DNA of 64,000 nt from Camelus dromedarius (Eukaryota): positions 50,098,001 to 50,162,000 of the forward strand of contig NC_087437.1 of the NCBI RefSeq assembly GCF_036321535.1, written 5' to 3'. The stretch's first letter is position 1, and each line of letters begins with the position of its first letter. Made by a program: the position numbers and the translations under genes. The notes under the pieces are model-generated. The model saw nothing but the letters and a program-made list of their open reading frames with translations, made no database searches and was not told the origin of the DNA. Below are positions 52,510 through 64,000 of the stretch, piece after piece.

Positions 52510-53700
52510 TTTTATTATTTTCATATTTTGATTTCAACTTCTGAGTGTATTTATAATAGCTTTTAAACAACCTTGTCAGCTAATGTCCTCATCTCTTGTC
52601 GTTTCTGCATCTATTCTATTAACTGATTTTTTTTTTCTGGTTCTGGGTCATATTTCCTATTTCTTTGCAAGTGTTGTCATTTTTGATGACTAGAAAAGTA
52701 TTTTTATGTGTCATATTGATTGTCTGGATTTTGTCGAGTGTCTGGATTTTTTCTTCTTCCTTTAAAGACTTGAGTCTTGTTTTGTAGGGCATTTACTTAG
52801 CGATAAGCCTGGTCTTTTTAAGGCTTGTTGTTAGGCTTTTTTAGCATGGGTCCAGAATAGCCTTTGTTATAAAGCTACTTAGCCCTAGGCTTAAGGTGCA
52901 TCCCTTTTGGAATCACTGTTAAATTCCCTGGCTGTTTAAGGAAATCTCTGCTCTGTGTGCCTCCACTCAAATATTTCCTGGCCCCTATTATGGCTCCTTT
53001 ATAGTTGATATTTCACTAGAAATTTTTCTTTGTCCATTTTCAAATATGTAGCTGGTCATCCAGCCACTCAAGGGAACTCATATACAGATCTCTAGAGCTC
53101 TTTCTCTGTACAGCTCTTCCCTCTCTGTACTCTGCTCTGAAAATTCCAGCTGCTTCAAATACCAGAAACTTTGTTTTCTGTCTCCTCAGCTCAGTGAGAC
53201 TGATGTGTTCTTCTCGAGTTTCCCATTTCTGTGCCACAGAACAGAAAGTGTCTCTAGAAAGAAAGCCAATGAAATTCCCAAGCAAACTTCATATACTTCC
53301 CTCTTCCCAGTGATCGTTCCTGTGTTGCCTATTGTCTAAGATCTGAGAACAATTATTTAATATACTTTGTCCAGTTTTCTAGCTGTATACAGTGAGAGGG
53401 TACATCCAGCTTTGGATACTCAACTGTGGATTTAAAGTCATTGTGTCGTTACTATGTATTTTATTTCTAAGATTTCTAATCAACCTCTTTTCCTATCCAC
53501 CTGTTCCATTTTACTCCTTCCTGCTTTTGTTTCAAAATTTCTTGCTTTCTTAAAAAAAATAAGTTATTTTTCACTTATTTCTTTCACCATTATAAACATA
53601 TCTATTTTAAAGTCTTTTTCAGACTAATTCCATCTGTATTGAATTCATGTCTCAATTAATTATCTTCCTGCTTTTTATAGAATTAGATTATTAATTTGGA
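52510..53700 (-). mobile_element. Ancient L1M 5'/ORF1-region remnant
   Basis: 'cagatctctagagctctttctctgtacagctcttccctctctgtactctg' and 'tgttgcctattgtctaa..tttgtccagttttctag'. Confidence 0.6.
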
Positions 53701-53764
53701 ATATAGTTTGTAGGTTCATTTGTGTGAAATATTTTAAGTGAGTTTTGCATTCAAGACAGAAAGT

Positions 53765-54050
53765 GAAGTGATTAGCGTGCATGCTGTCAGCTGAGACTTC
53801 GTGGATTCAAACCTAAGTTCTGTCATTCCTTGGCCAAGTGATCCTGGCAATTTATTTAGCCTCTCTGTGACTTAGTTTCCTCATTAGTACGATGAGATGA
53901 TGATGCTAATGATGATGATGATGACAACTACAAGAAAAATAAAAATAATGACTACCTCAGAGTTCTTGAGATAATGCACAAGTCATATATTCTATGTATA
54001 TAAAGCATTCTCTGTGCCTTTCACATACCAAAAGTTTAACAAATGTTGGC
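53765..54050 (+). mobile_element. MIR SINE with internal (GAT)n
   Basis: 'ggattcaaacctaagttctgtca..gcctctctgtgacttagtttcctcat'. Confidence 0.8.
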
Positions 54051-55267
54051 TCTTGGTATTTTTATGGTTCTTGATATTTTTATTGTTCTTGCTCTCATTC
54101 TCTTTCTCTCTGTCTCTCTCTCTCTCTCTGCCTAGGTATTTACCAATCCTCATCTAGCAGTTTTGAGGTTGCTTCTATCTACCTCCCAAGTTCGTACTTC
54201 AGAACTAAGTTGTATAATTGCATTTCAGAGCTCTTCTTTCATAGTGATAAACAAGGCTGTAGATTTCCTCTGTGCTACCCTCCTCTTACTAAACTGCTCC
54301 CCACCTTGCTGGAATCTGATGCCTGGTAAAGCCAGAGCCTCTGGTAGTGATCAAGAAGGTGACTACCCATTCCAGTCCCTGACTGTGACTGCTTATTTGA
54401 TGGAATCATTTCCCCACAGGACGACTCATACCACTGCCTCTTTCTAGGTCTCGAGTGTCCAGGATTATGAAGTCAGCCCCCACTTGTCTACAGTGATATT
54501 TATCTTGAGTTTTCATTAGTATCTGTCTCTACAGTTTTCTGTTTTCACATTTTATCTACCATTGCTCTGTATTTGGAGTGAAGTAAATAGAAACTTCCGA
54601 AGCTATCCTGACTGGGAATCTCCCCCTTTTTCTCTTTATTTTTCCCTCTCTTTTTACTTTTTAAAAATTATTCTGTCCTTCTCCTTTTCCTACTCCCTCA
54701 TGCATTTTCTAAATAAAGGCTAAAAATGTATAATAAACATAATTTTAAAACTAAATAACTAGAGACTTCTGTTTTAATTTCACAGAATTTTTCTTTTTCT
54801 GCTCTTCCTCTGTCATCTTTTATAATAATCATACTAATAATGCTGATAACACAGCTAATATTTTGTATGTATACTGAGGTGGTGAAGCTTAGTGACCCTT
54901 GAAGGAGAACTTAATGAGAAACTCTAAGGCCAAAGTTCTGACTTTGGGGAGATGCAAGAAGGGAGAGGCTCTCTGTGACTACCACCGCAATCCCCACCCA
55001 ACTATCTCAGAAGTAAAAATAACTCTCATTCTTCACGAAAGATAATGATGGGTCACTGGACTCGTTCAAGTTCTTTAGAAGTCAGGAGAGTTCTGTAGTA
55101 TTCAAGGGCAGCTCTTCCCTTTGCCTGATATTTCCTGTTCCTATTTGTCCTCCTTTATTTTCCCCACTTCTAGTAGCAACCATCTCTCTTTTTATTAGCT
55201 GTCTCCCTATTATATTTTAAATCTCTTTAAAGTATTTGAAAATTAAAACATGGAAAGGTGAAAGGTC

Positions 55268-55780
55268 CATATTAGCTATCAATTCCTTACCAGAATATCC
55301 CAAATTTAGAGACTGGAAACAAACATTTATTATCTCAATTTCTATAGGTCAGGAATCTGGGAATGGCTCAGCTAGGTAGTTCTGGCGTCAGGGTCTATCA
55401 TGAGGCAACAACCAAGGTGTCTTTGTGGCTTTCTGCATCTCAGGGCTTGACTGTGGGAGGATCTACTTCCAAGCTCACTCACATGGCTATTGGCAGGCCT
55501 CAGAACTAATTCCAAACTTACTTATTTGAGTCCCTACACAGGGTCACCTCATGACATGGCAGCAGGCTTTCCCCACAGCAAATGATTCAAAAGAGAGCCT
55601 GCAAGATGGAAATCGAAATTTTTACATAACCTAATCTCAGAAGTGACGTCTCATCACTTCTACCATACTCTGTTCATTAGCATGGAGTCAATAAATCACA
55701 CACTCAAGGGGAGGGGATTACATAGGGCATGAATACTGGAAGTCAGGGATCATTAAGGGTCCTCTTAGGAGATGCCTGAG
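55268..55780 (-). mobile_element. MaLR solo LTR (MLT1E/F-like)
   Basis: 'aaacatttattatctca..ggtcaggaatctggg..tctacttccaagctcactcacatggctattggcaggcctcag..ctcagaagtgacgtctcatcacttctacca'. Confidence 0.85.
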
Positions 55781-56353
55781 AATCTTACAGGTTTCCAAAT
55801 TTTCACCACCAAGAAACATTCCAACATCCCATGTACTTTGTGTTCTGAATTTTTCTTCCTGGCAGATTTTATTTACTAAGTAATAGATTATTTCTTCACT
55901 TTTATTCATGTAAAACTATAATATATAATACAGTTAAGATCAATAGTTAATCAGCAATATTTAAAATTAATATAGTTATATAATAATTAGATGGCCGGAG
56001 CATTAAGTTATTTGTAGGACTTCATCTAATATAAATAAGCCATCTCATTTAGACTTTCTGAAATACAGAAAATGAACCCCAGTTTTTCATTGTTTTCTTT
56101 ATGAATTCTTAGAAGTTCAGATAAGTCAGATTAAGTAAAATTAATCTAGTCAAACCGCACTATTTCATAGATTAGGAAACTGGATTCCAGAAAGGCCTGT
56201 GTTAAAGCTGGAACTACATTCTCTACCTCCTGGCCATGTGTCCGCTATAGCACAGTGACATTGTTGGTCTTAGTCTTTACTCCCAAAGACTAGCAAGGGG
56301 CACTTAATAAATCATAATTATGATCACAGTAATGATATTAAGATTTATATCAT

Positions 56354-56460
56354 ATGGTAATCATTTTACAATTTATGTTAAGTCAAATCATTATGCTATG
56401 TACCTTAAATTTATACAGTACTGTATGTCAAGAACACCTCAATAAACCTGGGGGAAAAAA
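56354..56460 (+). mobile_element. Very short L1M 3' terminus
   Basis: 'tcaaatcattatgctatgtaccttaaattta..ctcaataaacctgggggaaaaaa'. Confidence 0.75.
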
Positions 56461-57613
56461 GACTGATACAATAAAGCTAATTATATTAAGCATGCTCATC
56501 TTAATGGGATTAACTTGTTTTAGTCAAACCAGCCACAGTTAATGGGGCCCTTTACAACTTGATACAGATCAAATCCTCGTCTTAGAATATTCATTATTTT
56601 AATTGTTTAAAAAATTGATTTTGATGATGTTTAAGGGTAGTTTATATGCTAAATAATTTGCTTATCAACTAGAAAATAGATTGAAAGCATCACTGTAAAC
56701 CTGTGAATCACATACAGTTCCAGTGTGGGTGAAAATTAGTAACCTTGGATGAGAATAGCCTAATCAGTTAATCTAGTTAAAGGCTCATTGCCCTACTCAC
56801 CAACCTTAGGATCTGAGGAGGTTTGCACACCACAGGTTTTCTATGCCCCAACTATTGGTGTTAAACACTGAATCATTATGGCTCAATATAGAATAGTATG
56901 ACCACCATCTAGATATTTAAAAATGCACAAGATACTAAATTTTACCTTTCCATCTCCTAAAGTAAAATAGTACAAAAAAAGTAAACTTTACTTTGTAGTC
57001 TTTACCCAGTGGAGTTCTTTGAAATAAAGTAATTTAAAAGTTAATCATAGTTGAATTTTGGTGACAGACACTGCTGCCTAACAGCAGAAAAGAGACAGTT
57101 TGCTCTGCTTTTCTATTATGCAGGCTGTTTCCTCTGCACCCCACTGTCCCTCACCTCCTTAAAAAAGGCCTGCCATGCTAGTGACTAACTGGATAAATTT
57201 AATTCAGGTGAAGTATTAGGAGGCCCATTGCACCCAAAGGCATGACTTTCAGTCCAGATTTCATCAGTTTTACAGCTGATGTTTTGAGGTCTCATTTGTC
57301 TGTGTCCTATATCTTTTTCTCTACTGATTCCAAATCCAGATGGCCTGATAAACCGGTGTTATTCACTGATTCTCCCCAAACCCCAACAGTAAAGTTTTTA
57401 TAAGTGGAAAGGTGTCTTATTGATTCAGATATACTGGAAATATTAAAAACTATGTGTCCTTAAAAAAAAGAAATTAGTCATAGAAACTGTTTGAGAATTG
57501 TGCCTAACATTTATAAAAGGTTGTGAAAACTAGAACTTAAATAGTTTATGATTTATTTGGACTCAAGGAATAAGATCTGCTGGAAAGAGTCACTAATTGC
57601 TTGCAATGGTAGG

Positions 57614-57617
<4 letters not shown>

Positions 57618-57673
<56 letters not shown>
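57618..57673. repeat. (GT)28 microsatellite
   Basis: Perfect dinucleotide run. Confidence 0.97.
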
Positions 57674-57676
<3 letters not shown>

Positions 57677-58609
57677 AAGCCGGTTATTAAGGAAAAAATT
57701 TTAAGCAATGTCTCAGCTATGACTTGCCTGATTCACCAGCCCATGACAACAGGAACTCCTTTAAAAACTTTCAGTCCTTACCTATTTAACACTATGAGAG
57801 GCTTCTATAATATTCATATTTTATCATGTCTGCAGTGAGTCACCTCTGTAAGATCAGAATAGAAGAAAACGATCAGGGAAAAAGCAAAGATGAAATATGA
57901 TATTTAAGAAAAAGCAAGGAAGAAACCGAAACATTTGTAGAGATGCTCTTTGCTGTTTTTGAAAAGTCTAGAAAGCCAAGGTTAATTGGAGCTGCCTTGA
58001 AGGTGAACCACAATTTGGGAAGGCCAAAAGAATTGAGCTCAGAGTATCTGGATTCAAGGACTGGCCGTACGTTGAGGACTTGTGTAATCTCAGCTGAAAC
58101 ACTTTGCTCGCTAGACTCTTGTTTCTTATAAAATGACACAATGTCAGTGATTTTCAAACCGCTCTGTGGAGGCTTAGGAGTTTTTTGGAGGCAGTTTTTT
58201 GGAGGGATAGGTGATGAGGTTGAGAAGACGCCTCCATTCCCCTCAACTTCAATCAAAGGAGCTAAATAAACTTTTGCCTTCTTATGCATTGGGCTTCTGA
58301 ATATAATTTGTTGTGAAAAGTATTTTGAAATCATTGGTCTTGCAAATGTTAAAAAAAATCAGTGTGAAACTCTATATTTGGGTTGGTAAAAATCCACCAT
58401 AGCACAATGACAGAAATTCTAGATGATCCTGAAATGTCAGTGTCAGACTCCTCCCCTCCCTAAAGATACTGGAGATGCAGGGTTGGAGACATCTTGCTGA
58501 GCTCCAGCGAGGACTCAGAGATGGCTCCAATAATCAGAAAATGTGGGAGAAGCAGCTATCTAGGATGCAAGAAATGAAGGCAGCCCTGGGGAAGTTAACT
58601 TTTCTTTTG

Positions 58610-59300
58610 AAACATTTTTAATTTTACAATAATGCATAAACAGATTCTTTTAAAAGAGTCTACTAATATAGAAATATAGAGACCAAGTGTAAAATTTCCT
58701 CTTTATCTGCCCATCCCACAATATCACTCTTCTCATTGCGGTTAATCACTATGTTCAGTTTGGTCTGTTCTCTCGCAAATCTTTTTTCTATGCAGATGCA
58801 TATGCACATATACTGTTTTTTTTTTTTAAAAAAATAAATGGTATATGTTGTTGTGCAATTTGCTTTATTTATCTACTAATGTGTCTGGGATTTTTTGCGT
58901 ATCAGTATATGTATCTCTGTCCTTTCTGAAATAATTGTATCATATTTCATAATATATATGCCATATTTATTTAATAGTCCCCAAATTAGGGGCTTTAAAG
59001 TTGTTTGCAGTTTTTTATTAATATAAACAATCAACATTATTGTACATACATCTTAATGTACAAATGTGAGTTTTTCTGTAGAATGGATTACTAGAAGTGG
59101 AATTGCTATGTTAGTATATGAAAATCTTCTAAATGGCGTCTATTTATACCAACAGTGTGTTTCTCTATATATTTGCAAACAGTGAACATTAAATTTCTTA
59201 CTTTTTTCCAAATTGATGATAAAAATTTTGATATATTGATTTGTATTTTCCTGATTGCTAGTGAGATTGATAATCATTTCATCTATTTTTGCCTGTTTGT
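58610..59300 (-). mobile_element. Ancient L1ME 3' fragment
   Basis: 'ggattactagaagtggaattgct' and 'gatttgtattttcctgattgctagtgagattga'. Confidence 0.7.
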
Positions 59301-59314
59301 GTCTGCATTAGTTA

Positions 59315-59545
59315 GAGGAAGCACTAATTGTGGGAATCTAGAAGCTAGATTTTAGTCCTAGGTTTGTAATTAGCTTTGCAGACTTTGATGAAATAAATCT
59401 ACCTTTCTGAACCTCGATTTCTCAATCAGAAAAATGGAAATAATAATCCCAATTCTGCCTTACTCCACAAAGTTAATGTGAGGGTTCTGTAAAATAATAG
59501 ATGAAAAAGCAAGTGGAAAAACTCTAAAATGCTAGACAAATGGAT
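59315..59545 (+). mobile_element. MIR SINE
   Basis: 'acctttctgaacctcgatttctcaatcagaaaaatggaaataataat'. Confidence 0.75.
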
Positions 59546-61479
59546 GGAATTTTTTTAGTTTTAAAAACGTGTAATATTATTGAATAATTCTATAATTGGG
59601 AGTTTTTCTAAACAAAAGAAGGCTATGTGTGCAGCTGTTCATTTACCTACAAAATTCAGGGTCTCCCAAGACATGTTGTAGGGGTAAAAGGCGCAGTTTC
59701 TGGTTCAGCTCCAGTACCACTCCCCACTGCAACCTGGCTGGGTAACCACAGAGGAAAGCCTACTCCTTGTGAGATTTCTAATCCAAGTTTGTTATTTCAA
59801 GGAGTTGGGGTGGGGGGTGGATCCTCTCCCACATCTTCTCTGGTTCATCCATCAGCAACAACAATGCCATCTGGTTACTGGGGACCAGTGAGGCATAAAA
59901 TGCCTGGAAAAGCAGCTGTCTTCCCCTTTACCTGTGTCAGAATTACTAATTAAGTGACAAATTTGCCTTTAACCATAAATGAAATTTCGTGCCCTGAAGC
60001 TAGTGCAGCTTTTACACTTTATTAACTACTCCTTTTTGTAACTATAACTCTTTCTTTAAAAGAAACCTATACTTCTGTGAAACCAGGATAAAAATTCTCA
60101 TCTGGTCATCTGTCTTTTTTTAGGATAATGTATGCAGTAATTTGAATAAGCCTCTAATTGTCATCTTACCTCATGCTTTTTATCTTGAGGTGAAACCAAT
60201 TTGCCTGTTTATGCTTAGTTTCTTTTCCCCAGTGTGTGTTCATAATATTGCATGACAGAATTTTCACTTCCAGTTTTTCCACTACCAATATATTGCATAA
60301 ACCTGGATGTGAGGGCACTGTGGCTGAGTTGTGTTACCCTTCACAAACTTTGTAAAACTTCATATAGATATAAATAGGCTATTTCGTACTCCCCAAAGGT
60401 CAACATTTCATCTGCATAATCTATTGGGTAAACCAGGAATTAGAAAATCTGAATTGGATTAAATTTTAGAAGTTTTCTACAATCAATAATTCTACTGAAA
60501 GATCTAGATATTTTTGGTAACTAATATTTGAAGAAGCACAATATATTCTTCAATGTCTAGCACAAATAAAATTCTTTCCCAAATTGTCATTCTTCTCCAC
60601 ATGTAGCAAACCCTTTCCCCTCATACTCCCAAGTTGCAACTTTGGTATTTCTTACCTCTTAGAAGGATTAACAGATTCATGAAAACCCTTAATATAATAT
60701 CTCCTCCACTCTTGGGGATTCTTCCTTTCTTGGGACCATTTTGGATGAATATCTAGGCCCAAAGTTAAAAGGATGCCCCCAAATTATGTTATTTTTCATA
60801 ACTGACTTGAGGACCTGGCCTATTTGGTAATAGGATTAAGTTCAACCAGCCTATAGCAATTGGAATGTGACCCAAATGCCTAGAGTCACCAAGGCACACT
60901 GTCCCCTCGGTGCTTTGTGTTAGGTCATTATCAAGTTCCTTTTCATTTTCCCTAGAAACAGTGATGTTGTGACCCTTTTAAACATACTACATCTACCGGA
61001 AATGTTACCAATTTAATGCAGTCATCATTTGTTGAGCTCCTAGTATGATGAAAGCCCTGGGCTAGGGATGTGAAGGGAATAAATATGAGTACTTATATTT
61101 AAATATATAAATATATACCCTCAAGAAGTTTTTCATCTAGGAGGAGAATTGTCATATATAAAAATAACTGCAATGTAAGACAAAATGTAGAATTTTCCCT
61201 AAATGATAACAGTAAGATGTATAGAGTAGAGAAAACTATCCGATAGTCCACTGGGTCATGTGGAACCACTGAGTTGTCCTGTGAACACCAGTTAACACAT
61301 GGGCAGTCTCTACATCTTTGCTTAATGTCTCTTTGTGGCTGGTACAGCTCAGCCTCTGATTTCACCTCAGTACTGTTGAGAGTGGGGAGTGTTTAATGCT
61401 GTTTTAGAAGAAATGTCAAAAGAAGATCCATTTTCAGCTAGCACTCCCAGCAGGAAGCAAATCTTTGAATCAAAAAAAT

Positions 61480-61640
61480 TTACAATCTTCCTCAGACTTC
61501 AGTGTGCATGTGAATCACCTGGGTAACTTGTTAAACTGCAAATTCTAGTTCAGTAGTTCTTGGGCAGAGCCTGAGGTTCTATGTATATAACAAGCCCCCA
61601 GGTAATGTTGATGCATTGGTCTTCAGCCCATACTTTGCTT
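61480..61640 (+). mobile_element. MER5A-like hAT MITE
   Basis: 'cttcagtgtgcatgtgaatcacctggg..ttgttaaactgcaaattct..aacaagcccccaggtaatgttgatgca'. Confidence 0.8.
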
Positions 61641-64000
61641 TGTGTAAAGGATTTAGGACATTGCTCCCATAGCTGCAGAAGATGCTAATTGTGGCAGACA
61701 GAAAAGTTCAGTCTAACAAGAGATAGTCAAATAAAGCAGACAGCCAACATTTCACAGAGCATAATGGACAGAAGCAAAGCCTTTTACACAAATCAACTGG
61801 AAAGGACTCAGTACTTAACAGCTCCATTATTTGCAAGTATGTGGGCAAATGTTTAGAACAATTCTATCATTAGCAATAATGGACGGAAAGCCAAGTTGGC
61901 ATCCTGGGCAACAACCAGACTATGGGACACACGGAAGAGAGTCTCTAAATGGGATCACAACAGTTTTCCTGTAAGTTACTAGTCTTATCAATTCCTCAGT
62001 GATCAAGAGCTGAAGCCTTATGTGAGAATATATAATCCTCCATCACATGGTGTACATATGTGGAACAAACTTTGTAGAATTCTCACTGAAGAGTGAGGAT
62101 TCTGCCATACTCAATAAATCCTTTTGCTGTCTGCCTAAAGTACTGAGCCAGAAAACCTCATCTATTATCAATAGAGATATGAACTCAGAAGGCCCTATCT
62201 GAGTATTAAAAATCAAATCGTTGACTTGCTATACTTGAGTCTCCACTTATACCTACTACTCCACATATACCTACTCCATATATACCACATTTTACTACTA
62301 GAAAAAAAAATAACTGAAATAAGATGTGTTTGCATCCAATCTTTTTGTTCTAAAGTACATAACAAAAGCAAAAGGATCTTGTAAGATTTTTATACTTCTA
62401 AGGAAAAAGACCCACAGCATGGACCTTCAGATGAATATTATAACCAGGTTCCAGAGTAGCATATTTTCTTAATGATAATAGATATTATGCCTGGCTGCTA
62501 ACTCTGAGTAGAAGTCAAAGCCAGACAAAGCAGATTTCCTCTCCTTCTGAAAGGAGATTTTTACTATTATTTTCGAGGAAGAGGCTAAGTAATCTTGAGT
62601 TGAATTCTGAACTTATTACCCAATAGACTTAAGGTTTCTTACACTACCCAAAGGTCCTCAGAATATTTTATCTAATAAAGGGACAGTTATATCAATCTCA
62701 GATTGCTTTATTTAAAACAACTACTTTAAAAGTTCAATTTAAATAGTTTCAATAAGAACTGGCCCATCATCAAATTCTGTTGAATCCTTCCAACCTCCTA
62801 TTCACAATGGGCATTCTGGTTTATTCTTTAATGTACGTTAATTTGGTTCAAGCAGGATCCAGACTGCACATCTCAGCATTCTACTTGAATAAAGAAGAAA
62901 GCATTCAATTCCCCTCCATTACAAATTCAGCCTTCCACAAGTCAGTTCTGCCAGTCAGTGATGGCTACATTGCAAAACCTGCTTTGCGAATGTTTTGCTG
63001 GGTTTTGTTGCTAGGTGATGACCGCGAAAACTTCGCAGTTCCTGCTGAGAGGTTTAAAAATATATGCCTGTAACCAGTTTCATATTAAAGAAGAGGGGAC
63101 AAAAAATAGGGCAGCCTGCACCTTAATTCCTTAGGGTTTACTCCTTGCCCTATACTCCCCCTTATCTGTCACAGAGAAATTGTGACCTTTAAGAAATGTA
63201 TATACACAACTCCGGAAAAAAAGAAGGAAAACAATATTCAATATATCATCAACTAAACCAGAGTAGAGCTGATAAAACAGAACTTGTCTTATGTCTTCCT
63301 TTTAGAACTTAAATTACTCAAGGATGGGAGAGGGGAGGGCAGAGAAAGAAGGTGAATAAACAATACCAGCCCATTCTCGCAACATTCTTTTCTGTTCCAC
63401 ATATTAGTGGAGACCCTTTGCTTAAAGAAATTGGCCTGAAGCTAGAGTCAGCTTGTACCTGAGCTGTGTTTCAGAAATCCTTGGTCTGGACCCGACTCAC
63501 CAGCCAAGCAGCAGGGATTCCTGGGAAAGCCCATAGGCCTGTCTGAGGCCTGGTCCTATGTCAGTGATTGATGAGGACAAATGTGAGAGGTGACACACTG
63601 TGAAATCAGACTGAGGCACAAAGAGTTAATCCTTGGGCTTTTTCCAAACTGGGTCCTTTGAGGGAAAAATAATATTTATTCCTCCCTTTGTTAATTCTGC
63701 AGCTAAAAAAGCACTCTTGATATCTTATTCACTAGGCTAGATGCCAGCCTATAACCTCTGAAAACTTCAGGAGATAAATACCACCCTAGTGGCAGTAATT
63801 ATCTGTCCTTGTTGCATTGCCATCATCAAATTATTTTAAACTGCTGATTTTAAAAGTACTATATTATAACCAATAGAGAGAGGAGAGCAATTGTTTCTGC
63901 ATACAAATTTCTCTTCACAAGTTAAAGGACCTACCTATAAATCACAGGGGAGAAAAATCTGAGAAATTACAGCCCTACTACCTCAGGCTTCTCTATTCTC

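Noticed and set aside
1..64000. CRISPR arrays, tRNA/rRNA genes, prokaryotic operons
   Set aside because: The sequence is mammalian repeat-rich DNA, and no such structures were seen.

Overview
AT-rich mammalian non-coding DNA, probably camelid. This is inferred from cetartiodactyl-type L1 3' ends with no Alu, B1, Bov-A/tA, PRE, CHR or SINEC elements seen. No intact protein-coding exon is supported. Most of the window is MIR, L2, CR1, L1, MaLR/ERVL and hAT remnants between repeat-free blocks that look like conserved non-coding elements. A promoter and probable non-coding first exon on the minus strand lie at ~4.2-4.6 kb; the host gene is not established (SOX6 is only a tentative guess). The main feature is a degraded processed POLH (DNA polymerase eta) pseudogene at ~36.55-37.33 kb. 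It joins exons 1-4, stops matching exactly at the exon 4 donor and seems to read into intron 4. Its CpG-dense 5' end has survived despite heavy coding decay. Several TSD-bounded L1 insertions show unusual mechanisms: a doubled 3' end, a 3' transduction and a tailless internally primed fragment. Repeat names and comparisons to human POLH come from recalled sequence, not from searches.
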